DNA of 64,000 nt from Burkholderiales bacterium (GTDB taxonomy: Bacteria; Pseudomonadota; Gammaproteobacteria; Burkholderiales; SG8-39): NCBI GenBank assembly GCA_036381055.1, contig DASVDO010000009.1, positions 1,628 to 65,627 on the forward strand, given 5' to 3'. Below, in pieces: positions 42,804 through 50,861 of this stretch; the first letter of the stretch is position 1; every line of letters begins with the position of its first letter. The notes beneath the pieces were generated by a model that was given only the letters and a program-made list of their open reading frames with translations, did not search any database and was not told the origin of the DNA. The translations under genes and the position numbers were made by a program.

Positions 42804-44491
42804 CCGGCCGCCGCCTTGCGCTTCAGCGCCGCCTCTCGGATGTCGGTCAGGGTCACCCGGGTGGTGATCGCCTCGCGGTCCATGCGCAGGTCGATCACCG
42901 AGAGCTTGCCCGAGCGCGTCGCGGCTTCCAGCGCCGGAACGAAGTCCTCGGTGCGCTCCACGCGGGCGCCGAACCCGCCGTGCGCCTCGGCGATGCGCAC
43001 GTAGTCGGGGTTCACCAGGTCCGTGCCCGAGACCCGGCCGGGATAGCTGATCTCCTGCCAGGCGCGGATCGAGCCGAGCATGCCGTTGTTGAAGACGATG
43101 ATGACCGGCGTCGCGCCGCAGGCGGCCGCGGTGGCGATCTCGTTGCCGGTCATGCCGAAGCCGCCGTCGCCCACCAGGCCGACCGCCATGCGCCCGGGCT
43201 GGACGATCTTCGCCATCACCGCGGCGGGCACGCTGTAGCCCATCGCTCCTGAGACCGGCGCGAGAAAGCGGCGGTTCCCGCCGAGGCGCAGGAAGCGCTG
43301 CACCCAGCCGGTGTAGTGGCCGGCGTCGGAGGTCAGGATCGCGTCGGCCGGCAGGCGCCGGTCGAGCTCGGCCATGCAGCGGCCGAGGTCGACCGCGCCC
43401 TTGGGCGACTTCGACGCGTCGAGGTTCTGCTCGTACTGCCGGCGCGCCTCGGCCACCTGGGCGGCGCGCTTCGCCGCCGCGGCGCCGGGCTTCTGCGCGT
43501 TCGCCGCCTCGACGAACAGCTCCAGGTCGGACTCGATCGCGAGCAACGGGTGGAACACGCGGCCGAAGTCGTGCGCGTAAGGCAGCACGTGGATCAGCTT
43601 CTGGCGCGGCACCGGCGCGTCGAGCAGCGTGTAGCCCTGCGTGGCGTGCTCGCCGAGCCGCGTGCCGACCGCGAGTACCACGTCGGATTCCTTGACGCGC
43701 TTCACCAGCTCCGGCGCCGCCGCCGGCCCCATCTCGCCGGCGAAGTTCGGATGGTCGTGGTCGAAGGCGTCCAGGCGGCGGAAGCCGCAGCACACCGGCA
43801 GGCCGTTCGCCGCGGCGAAATCCTGCAGCGCCTTGCGCGCCGCCGGGCGCCATACGCCGCCGACGTAGAGGATCGGCCGCTCCGCCTTGTCGAGGATCGC
43901 CTGCATCTCGCGCAGGCGCTGCGGATCGGGCGCGCGCCGGCGCGGCTCGAGCACCGGCAGGTCGCCGGCGCTCGAGCGCTCGGCGAGCATGTCCTCGGGC
44001 ATGACCAGCGCGACCGGGCCGGGGCGCCCCTCCCGCGCCACGCGGAAGGCCTGCGCCATGTAGTAGGGCAGGTCCGCGGTGCGCTCGATCTGCACCGCCC
44101 ACTTGGTCATCGGCTCGAGCATGCGCACCAGGTCGAGCTCCTGGAACGAGCCGCGCCCGGCGAAGTTGCGCCGGATCTGGCCGGCGATCACCACCATCGG
44201 CGTGCCGTCCTGGTGCGCGGTGTGGATGGCGATCGAGGCGTTGCACGCGCCCGGGCTGCGCGCGACGAGGCAGATGCCCGGCTTGCCGGTCAGCTTGGCG
44301 TAGGACTCCGCCATGTAGGCGGCGCCGCCTTCCTGGCGGGCGGCGACCAGGCGGATCTCGCGCGAGGCGTCGACCAGCGCGTCGAGGATGTCCAGGTAGC
44401 TCTCGCCGGGCACGCAGAACACGTGCTCGACGCCATGGTTGCGGAAAGCATCGACGACGATCCTGCCGCCGCTGCGTTCGGGACGGTTCAC
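42800..44491 (-). CDS. Thiamine-pyrophosphate-dependent enzyme (acetolactate-synthase-like)
   Basis: VFCVPGESYLDILDAL...QEGGAAYMAESYAK (Pyr domain) and GDGGFGMTGNEIATAA...VFNNGMLG (PP motif). GTG start with a GGAGGAG RBS. Confidence 0.85.
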   Translation of the reverse strand: MNRPERSGGRIVVDAFRNHGVEHVFCVPGESYLDILDALVDASREIRLVAARQEGGAAYMAESYAKLTGKPGICLVARSPGACNASIAIHTAHQDGTPMVVIAGQIRRNFAGRGSFQELDLVRMLEPMTKWAVQIERTADLPYYMAQAFRVAREGRPGPVALVMPEDMLAERSSAGDLPVLEPRRRAPDPQRLREMQAILDKAERPILYVGGVWRPAARKALQDFAAANGLPVCCGFRRLDAFDHDHPNFAGEMGPAAAPELVKRVKESDVVLAVGTRLGEHATQGYTLLDAPVPRQKLIHVLPYAHDFGRVFHPLLAIESDLELFVEAANAQKPGAAAAKRAAQVAEARRQYEQNLDASKSPKGAVDLGRCMAELDRRLPADAILTSDAGHYTGWVQRFLRLGGNRRFLAPVSGAMGYSVPAAVMAKIVQPGRMAVGLVGDGGFGMTGNEIATAAACGATPVIIVFNNGMLGSIRAWQEISYPGRVSGTDLVNPDYVRIAEAHGGFGARVERTEDFVPALEAATRSGKLSVIDLRMDREAITTRVTLTDIREAALKRKAAAG

Positions 44492-44558
44492 GATAGGCTC
44501 CTCCTGTTCCGGCCGAGTATGCCTTTGTGCTAGCCTGCCCGCAAAGGAGGAGGAGACC

Positions 44559-45584
44559 ATGAGACTTTCACTGCTGCCGCCGTTCCCGGCTGCCGCGGCG
44601 CTCGCCGCGGCGATCATCCTGGCGCCGCAGGCCGCCCCGGCCGCGGAGCTCAACGCAAGGCTCGGGTCGCTCGATCCGACCACCACCGCCAAGCACCGCG
44701 GGCTGGTCAAGGCCGCCGAGCTGGTGAAGCAGCGCACGCAGGGACGGGTGGAGATCCAGGTCTTCCCCTCGTCTCAGCTCGGCAACGCGCGCGAGATGAC
44801 CGAGGCGGTGCAGCTCGGCGGGCTGGAGGCGGTCATCAACCCGGCCTCGTTCCTGGGCGGCTTCAACCCGGCGGTGTCGATCTTCGACGTGCCCTACATC
44901 TTCCCCACCGACCGCGAGGTGTCGCGCAAGCTGCGCGAAGGGCCGTTCGGCCAGGCGGTGCTCGACACCTTCCGCAAGCGCGGCTTCGAGCCGATCGCCC
45001 TCTGGGACGGCGGCCGCAAGCAGCTCACCTCGAACAAGCCGCTGTCCTCGATCGCCGACCTCAAGGGGCAGCGCTTCCGCGTCATGGACTCGAAGATCCT
45101 GATCCAGCAGTTCGGCGCGGTGGGCGCCTCGGCGATCGTGATCCCGTTCGGCGAGCTCTACACCGCGCTGCAGAACGGCGTGGTGGACGCCGAGGAGAAC
45201 CCGCTCGACATCATCGAGAAGATGAAGTTCTTCGAGGTGCAGAAGAACCTGCTGGTGACCGACCACGGCGCGATCGTCGAGGTGATCCTGTTCAACCCGG
45301 CGTGGATGAAGAAGCTCTCCGCCGGCGACCGCGCGATCGTGCGCGCCGCCTTCCGCGAGGTGGCGCCGCAGGTCTCGAAGGAGAAGGCGGCCGACGCGGC
45401 GCGCTCGCTCGAGTTCTTCCGCAAGCGCGGCCTCAACGTGCGGGTCGCCGACGAGGCCGAGCGCGCCAAGCTGCGCGCCATGGTCTACCCGAAGGCGCGC
45501 GACGCCTACGTCGCGCAGGCGGGCGCCGAGGGCAGGGCGCTCGTCGAGCTCTACGAGAAGCAGATGAAGGCGCTGAATCGCTGA
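44559..45584 (+). CDS. TRAP transporter substrate-binding protein (DctP family)
   Basis: Signal peptide; DctP blocks (SQLGNAREMTEAVQLGGLE, GVVDAEENPL). AGGAGGAGGAG RBS. Confidence 0.85.
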   Translation: MRLSLLPPFPAAAALAAAIILAPQAAPAAELNARLGSLDPTTTAKHRGLVKAAELVKQRTQGRVEIQVFPSSQLGNAREMTEAVQLGGLEAVINPASFLGGFNPAVSIFDVPYIFPTDREVSRKLREGPFGQAVLDTFRKRGFEPIALWDGGRKQLTSNKPLSSIADLKGQRFRVMDSKILIQQFGAVGASAIVIPFGELYTALQNGVVDAEENPLDIIEKMKFFEVQKNLLVTDHGAIVEVILFNPAWMKKLSAGDRAIVRAAFREVAPQVSKEKAADAARSLEFFRKRGLNVRVADEAERAKLRAMVYPKARDAYVAQAGAEGRALVELYEKQMKALNR

Positions 45585-46114
45585 AGCGCGGCATCGATCG
45601 CCTGGTTGACGCGCTGGGGCTGGCCGAGCGCTGCGCGGCCGGCGGCCTGCTGCTCGTCATGACCGCGCTGTACGCGGCCAACGTGCTGGTGCGCACGTTC
45701 GCGCCCGCGTACGCGGCCGAGATCGCCTGGATCGACGAGGCGACGCGCTACATGATGATCTGGGTGGTGTTCCTCGCCACCGGCATCACGCTCGAGATCG
45801 GCCGGCACGTGTCGGTCGACCTGGCGCGCGGCCTGCTGTCGCCGGCGCAGGCGCGCGCGCTGTTCGCGCTGATCGACGTGGTCGGCGCGCTGTTCTGCGC
45901 CGCCGGCGCCGTGGTCGCGGTGCGCCTCGCCTGGCTGGTGCGCGAGAGCGGCCAGATCAGCCCGACGCTCGGCGTGCCCGCCTACGTGCTCTACGTGGCG
46001 CCGGCGTACGGCCTGGCGTCGATGGCGCTGCGCTTCCTGCTGCGGCTCGCGGGCCTGCGCGACGCGCGGCGCCGCCCGGTGAAGGCGGCCTGGCTGGAGA
46101 GCGAGGGCGCGTGA
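45581..46114 (+). CDS. TRAP transporter small permease (DctQ family); apparently a CTG start
   Basis: 4-TM DctQ-like product. The first in-frame canonical codon that would preserve TM1 is absent; CTG 45581 overlaps the dctP stop (CTGA). ATG 45659 would truncate TM1. Confidence 0.7.
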   Translation: MKRGIDRLVDALGLAERCAAGGLLLVMTALYAANVLVRTFAPAYAAEIAWIDEATRYMMIWVVFLATGITLEIGRHVSVDLARGLLSPAQARALFALIDVVGALFCAAGAVVAVRLAWLVRESGQISPTLGVPAYVLYVAPAYGLASMALRFLLRLAGLRDARRRPVKAAWLESEGA

Positions 46115-47397
46115 TCTGGCTGATCGTCCTGGTCGCCGCGGCGATGCTGTTCCTCGGCTTCGAGCTGTTCCTCGTCCTGGCGGTGCCGGTCTACCTGATC
46201 AAGGCGTCGTTCTACGACCGGCTGCCCGACGTGATGCTGATGCAGAAGATGATCGCCGGCATCAACCACAGCCTGCTGCTCGCCATCCCGTTCTTCGTCT
46301 TCGCCGGCGAGCTGATGGCGGGCGGGCGCATCGCGCGGCTGCTCAGCCGCTCTACCGAGGCCTGCTTCCGCGGCGTGCGCGGCGGCTCGGGCCACGCCAC
46401 CATCACCGCCTGCATGGCGTTCGGCTCGGTGTCGGGGTCGGCGCCGGCGACCGTGGCGGCGCTGGGGCGCCTGATGCACCCGCGGCTCATCGAGGCGGGC
46501 TTCAGCGACCGCTTCAGCCTCGGCCTGATCGTCTCGGCGGCCGAGACGGCGCTGCTCGTCCCGCCCAGCATCTCGCTGATCATCTACGGCTGGCTGACCG
46601 GCACGTCGATCAGCCGGCTGTTCGCCGCGGGGCTGGCGGTCGGCATCGTGCTCGGCGCGGCGTTCTCGGCGCTGGTGCTCTACGAGGTGCTGCGCACGGG
46701 CATCGCCCAGCGAAGCGAGCGCCGCGCGGCCGCGGCGGAGGCGATGCGCGGCAGCGCCTGGGCGCTCGGCATGCCGGTGCTCATCCTGGGCGGCATCTAT
46801 TCCGGCGTGTTCACGGCCACCGAGGCCGCCGCGGTGAGCGTGCTCTACGCCGCCTTCGTCGAGACCGTCGTGTTCCGCAGCCTCGGCCTGCGCGGCCTGG
46901 TGCACGTCGCGCAGCGCAGCGCCATCCTCACGGCGATCATCTTCATGATGCTCGGCGCCGGCAGCATGCTCGCCTACTTCGTCACCATCGCGCATTTTCC
47001 CGACGCCGTCCTGCAGTTCATGGAGCGCATCCACGCCGGGCCGGTGCTGTTCCTGCTGGTGGTGAACGTCGCCTTCCTGATCGCCGGCATGTTCATCGAC
47101 CCCGGCGCGGCGCAGCTCGTGCTGGTGCCGGCGCTCTTCCCGGTGGCGACCTCCTTCGGCATCGACCCGGTGCACTTCGGCATGGTGATCGGCGTGAACG
47201 TGTGCATCGCCATGATCACGCCGCCCTTCGGGCTGGACATCTTCGTCGCCGCCTCGGCGCTCAACAAGAAGGTGGCCGACGTCACCCGCGGCGTCGGCCC
47301 GTTCGTGGTGGTGAACCTGATCGTGCTGCTCGTCGTGACCTACGTCCCCGGGGTCGCTACCGCCTTCCCGAACCTGCTCTTCGGCGCGCAGCCCTAG
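46111..47397 (+). CDS. TRAP transporter large permease (DctM family)
   Basis: 428 aa, DctM-like throughout. GTG start in a GTGA overlap. Confidence 0.85.
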   Translation: MIWLIVLVAAAMLFLGFELFLVLAVPVYLIKASFYDRLPDVMLMQKMIAGINHSLLLAIPFFVFAGELMAGGRIARLLSRSTEACFRGVRGGSGHATITACMAFGSVSGSAPATVAALGRLMHPRLIEAGFSDRFSLGLIVSAAETALLVPPSISLIIYGWLTGTSISRLFAAGLAVGIVLGAAFSALVLYEVLRTGIAQRSERRAAAAEAMRGSAWALGMPVLILGGIYSGVFTATEAAAVSVLYAAFVETVVFRSLGLRGLVHVAQRSAILTAIIFMMLGAGSMLAYFVTIAHFPDAVLQFMERIHAGPVLFLLVVNVAFLIAGMFIDPGAAQLVLVPALFPVATSFGIDPVHFGMVIGVNVCIAMITPPFGLDIFVAASALNKKVADVTRGVGPFVVVNLIVLLVVTYVPGVATAFPNLLFGAQP

Positions 47398-47496
47398 GGC
47401 GGGGCCGCTGCCCCTGGGCGGTGGGAGTCGTCCCATTTTCCGCGGTGCGGCACTTGTGGTTTACTTCCCATCTGCGGCAGCGCAAGATTTTTGCCC

Positions 47497-48900
47497 ATGC
47501 AGCCCGCCGCCGGATCGCTCCTCGGCAGCATCTCCGACTTCTGCCGCCGCACCGGCATGGCCGAGTCGACGTTCGGCCGGCGCGCGGTGAACGACGGCAA
47601 GTTCGTCGCCCGGCTGCGCGACGGCGCCCGGGTCACCCCCGAGACGCTGGAGCGGGTCAACCAGTTCATGGTCAGGCACGGCGCGCCCGCCGTGGGGGAG
47701 TCGCCGCCCGAGCTGATGCCGCTCATCCGCGCCACCGCGGTGCCGCCTCCGGTGGGAGTGACGAAGGAAAAAGCGGATCCCGAAAGGAATTTCCGCTTCT
47801 TCGACAACCGGCAGAAGTACCTGCTGTTCGTCAACACCTGCAGCGAGAAGGACGTGATCGCGCGCCGGGTGGGGCTGGAGCTCGGGCAGATCCATCCGCG
47901 GCCGCCCGCGGTGCGGCTGTTCGACGCCGGCATGGGCGACGGCACGGTGCTCGCGCGCGTGATGCGCGAGATGCACCGGCGCTTCCCGACGGTGCCCTTC
48001 TACATCGTCGGCAAGGAGATCAGCCTCGAGGACGTGCGGCTCAGCCTGCGCAAGATGGCCGACCGCTTCTTCGAGCACCCGGCGACGGTGCTGGTGGTGA
48101 CCAACATGTACTACAGCGAGGCGCCGTGGCTGCAGCCGCGCGCGGTGGAGGCGGCGACCTCGCTGGTGTGGCACGAGATGGCGCTCTCGGGCAGCACCTC
48201 GCACGACTTCAGCGAGCAGATCGCCGCGCTCGAGCCCTTCCTCGCCAGGAACTGGCAGGCGCGCCACAGCCCGAAGACCGGCAACCCGATCTACGAGCAC
48301 CCGACGGCGCTGGTCCTGTACCGCGAGGACTACCGCTTCCTGCTGGAGAACGTGATCCCCAGGCGCGGCGACGGCCGCGCCGAGTACGACATGGTGATCG
48401 CCTCGCAGCCCTACCGGCTGCGCGCGCCGCTGGAATTCAAGGCGCAGAAGGTGATCGCGCCGCTGGTGCGCGCGCTCGGCAGGGGCGGGCGGCTGCTCGG
48501 CATCCATTCCTACGGCCACGACCCGGGCCTGGAGATCGTGCAGCGCGTCTGGCCGGGCGAGAACCCGTTCCTGCACAGCCGGCACGACATCGTGCGCGCG
48601 GTGAAGGCCGAGCTCGGCCGCGACGCGCGACGCTACAACTTCAACGCCTACGCCGACGCGCGCGCGCTGTTCCGCTACGACATGCACACGCTGCCCACGG
48701 AGATCTCGTCGAGCATCGGCACCTCGACGCTGTTCGCCGCGTGGAACGCCGCGATCTACGTCGCGCAGATCGACGACGTGCGCCTGGGCGAGGCGCTGCG
48801 CGGCAGCCGCTACCTCGACGCGACGCGCGAGGTCCTGCAGAAGCACGGCAGCCTCTGGTTCCAGGACGAGTCCTATGTCGTCTCTCGCAAGCGAGACTGA
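47497..48900 (+). CDS. Hypothetical protein with a class-I SAM-methyltransferase-like core and a small N-terminal HTH-like domain
   Basis: Motif-I-like VRLFDAGMGDGTVLARV and a later LVRALGRGGRLLGIHS. Start is ATG 47497 or TTG 47491. No family recognised with certainty. Confidence 0.5.
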   Translation: MQPAAGSLLGSISDFCRRTGMAESTFGRRAVNDGKFVARLRDGARVTPETLERVNQFMVRHGAPAVGESPPELMPLIRATAVPPPVGVTKEKADPERNFRFFDNRQKYLLFVNTCSEKDVIARRVGLELGQIHPRPPAVRLFDAGMGDGTVLARVMREMHRRFPTVPFYIVGKEISLEDVRLSLRKMADRFFEHPATVLVVTNMYYSEAPWLQPRAVEAATSLVWHEMALSGSTSHDFSEQIAALEPFLARNWQARHSPKTGNPIYEHPTALVLYREDYRFLLENVIPRRGDGRAEYDMVIASQPYRLRAPLEFKAQKVIAPLVRALGRGGRLLGIHSYGHDPGLEIVQRVWPGENPFLHSRHDIVRAVKAELGRDARRYNFNAYADARALFRYDMHTLPTEISSSIGTSTLFAAWNAAIYVAQIDDVRLGEALRGSRYLDATREVLQKHGSLWFQDESYVVSRKRD

Positions 48901-49732
48901 AGCCCTCGCCTCGGGCATCTCGGAGCTGCTCGCCGCGGGCTCGCTCGAGATCTCGCCGCGCGAGCTGCACCAGGCCGGCGAGGTGGCCGCGCTGCGGCCC
49001 GCCGGCACCTGCGTCTACATCCCCTCGCTGCCCGGGCTGCCGCTCTCGCGCACGCTGGAGGCGGTCGCCGCGATCCGCGCCGCCGGGCTCGACCCGGTGC
49101 CGCACGTCTCGGCGCGCCGCATCCTCGACCGCGACGAGTTCCGCGAGTTCCTGAAGCAGGCCTCGGCGGCGCACGGCGTGCACCGCGTGCTGCTGCTCGG
49201 CGGCGACGAACCGCAGCCGAAGGGCCCGTACCGCGACAGCCTGCAGATCCTCGAGGAAGGGCTGCTCGTCGAGTGCGGCATCCGCGAGATCGGCATCGCC
49301 GGCTACCCGGAAGGCCATCCGCGCATCGCGCGCCAGGCGCTCGAGCAGGCGATGCAGCGCAAGCGCGATCTGGCGCGCGAGCAGTCGATCGGCGTCTACG
49401 TGCTCACCCAGTTCTCCTTCTCGCCGCCGCGCGTGGTCGAGTACTGCGCGCTGCTCGCGCGCGCGCATCCCGGGCTGCCGGTGTACGTCGGCATCGCCGG
49501 CCCGACCGATCCGGCGGCGCTCGCGCGCTATGCGCAGCGCTGCGGCGTGAGCGTCTCGCTGCGCGCGCTGCGCCGCCTGGGCAGCGGCATCGCGCAGCTC
49601 GTCGCCAACACCGATCCGCGCGACCAGCTCGCCGCGGTGGCGCGCACCAACCTCGGCAACGTGGTCGGCGTGCACCTCTACAGCTTCGGCGGCGCGGTCA
49701 GGACCGCCGCCTGGATGCGCGCGCTGATCTGA
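48875..49732 (+). CDS. Methylenetetrahydrofolate-reductase-family (MetF-like) protein
   Basis: TIM-barrel MTHFR-like blocks (LLLGGD, IGIAGYPEGHP, YVLTQFSF, GIAGP). 26-nt overlap with the upstream gene. Confidence 0.6.
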   Translation: MSSLASETEALASGISELLAAGSLEISPRELHQAGEVAALRPAGTCVYIPSLPGLPLSRTLEAVAAIRAAGLDPVPHVSARRILDRDEFREFLKQASAAHGVHRVLLLGGDEPQPKGPYRDSLQILEEGLLVECGIREIGIAGYPEGHPRIARQALEQAMQRKRDLAREQSIGVYVLTQFSFSPPRVVEYCALLARAHPGLPVYVGIAGPTDPAALARYAQRCGVSVSLRALRRLGSGIAQLVANTDPRDQLAAVARTNLGNVVGVHLYSFGGAVRTAAWMRALI

Positions 49733-49824
49733 GGCAGAAAGCCTGGGCGCTCACCGGTGGTACCACGCTTCTCGGCACTCTCGCTCTCGGAAGCCTCGGC
49801 GAATGGCTGGGCACCACCGCCGCG

Positions 49825-50505
49825 TCATGGACGTACCGCGGGGGCTTCGACCGGCAGGCCGCGGCCGCGCCAGGCGAGATAGGCCGCGAGGTCGGCGAGC
49901 AGGGGATCGCCGTACGGCGGCATCTCGGCGTGGATGCCGGAGAAGCAGGCGCGCAGCCGCCGCTCGAGCGACCCTAGCGTCTGCCAGCGCAGGCGGTAGG
50001 TCGGATAGCCGTTCGGCTGCCCTTCGCTGATCGTCTCGCCGCCGATGCGCTTGCCGGCGTTCGCGTCGTGGCAGTTGGCGCAGGCGAGGTTCATCTGCCC
50101 GCGGCGGCGGAAGTATTCGCTCCTGCCGCGCTCGACCTCCGCGGCGGACAGGTGCCGGCCGATCGGCAGGCCGCGCGACTGGTAGGCGACGTAGGCGGAG
50201 AGCGAAAGCAGCTCGTCGGACTCCCAGGCGAAGGGCTCGCGATGGCGCAGCATCGCGTCCAGCGTGATCACCTTGCCCGAGGCGACGCGTGGATAGCGCG
50301 GGGCGACGCCTTTCATCGACTCGTGGCAGGAGCGGCAGCGCTCGGCGAAGAGCTTCTCGCCGGCGTCGACCCACAGCATGCCCGGGTTCTCGACGTCGCT
50401 TTGCTGCATGCGGCGGATCTCCGGGCTCGCATACTCGAGCCCCGAGCGCTGTGCTGCTGCGCCGGCGCAGACGAGGAGGAGGAGGAGCGAAACGAGCGGC
50501 CTCAC
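49825..50505 (-). CDS. soxA: Sulfur-oxidation c-type cytochrome SoxA (dihaem type)
   Basis: Signal peptide; CRSCH and CANCH haem motifs; GYPTYRLRWQTLGSLERRLRACF (SoxA Cys-ligand region). GTGA overlap with soxX. Confidence 0.8.
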   Translation of the reverse strand: MRPLVSLLLLLVCAGAAAQRSGLEYASPEIRRMQQSDVENPGMLWVDAGEKLFAERCRSCHESMKGVAPRYPRVASGKVITLDAMLRHREPFAWESDELLSLSAYVAYQSRGLPIGRHLSAAEVERGRSEYFRRRGQMNLACANCHDANAGKRIGGETISEGQPNGYPTYRLRWQTLGSLERRLRACFSGIHAEMPPYGDPLLADLAAYLAWRGRGLPVEAPAVRP

Positions 50506-50861
50506 TTCAGCGTGAGGAGAAAGGCCACGACGTCGTCGATCTGCGCGTCGCTGAGAAGCGGCTTGCCGCGGTATTGCTCCGCCACCTGGTGCAGGCCCTC
50601 GGTGCGCCCGTAGGGCGGCATGACCGTGTCCGGGTTGAAGCGCGAGGCGTCGACGATGCGCGCCTCCATTTCCGCGGCAGAGAGCCGGCTCGCCACGCCG
50701 GCGAGCGAAGGGCCGAGGTCGCCCGCGGGCCCGGCGGCGCCCGGGATGGCATGGCACAGGATGCAGCCGGCCTCGGCGCGCGCCGTTGCGATCGCCCTGC
50801 CTCGCTCCGCGTCGCCGGCCCAGGCGGCGACGGGCAGGAGGAGGAGGGCGAGCAGCTTCAT
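50502..50861 (-). CDS. soxX: Sulfur-oxidation c-type cytochrome SoxX
   Basis: Signal peptide; [10 protein letters not shown]...[13 protein letters not shown]...[10 protein letters not shown] is the pattern typical of SoxX. 119 aa. Confidence 0.8.
   Translation of the reverse strand: MKLLALLLLPVAAWAGDAERGRAIATARAEAGCILCHAIPGAAGPAGDLGPSLAGVASRLSAAEMEARIVDASRFNPDTVMPPYGRTEGLHQVAEQYRGKPLLSDAQIDDVVAFLLTLK

Noticed and set aside
42800-44491. Sulfoacetaldehyde acetyltransferase (Xsc), given the adjacent TRAP system and sulfur genes.
   Set aside because: Only generic TPP-enzyme motifs are visible. The sequence does not resemble Xsc as I recall it, and no pta/tauXY-type partners are present. I left it as an acetolactate-synthase-like TPP enzyme.
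45302-45580. ATG 45302 as the start of the DctQ gene (the longest ORF).
   Set aside because: It would add 93 Arg/Gly/Ala-rich residues encoded entirely inside dctP in another frame. This is not plausible for a 4-TM small permease.
47398-47496. A small RNA or terminator in the 99-nt gap after the TRAP dctM gene.
   Set aside because: There is only a weak 5-bp GGGGC/GCCCC stem with no T-tract, and no conserved structure that I can recognise.
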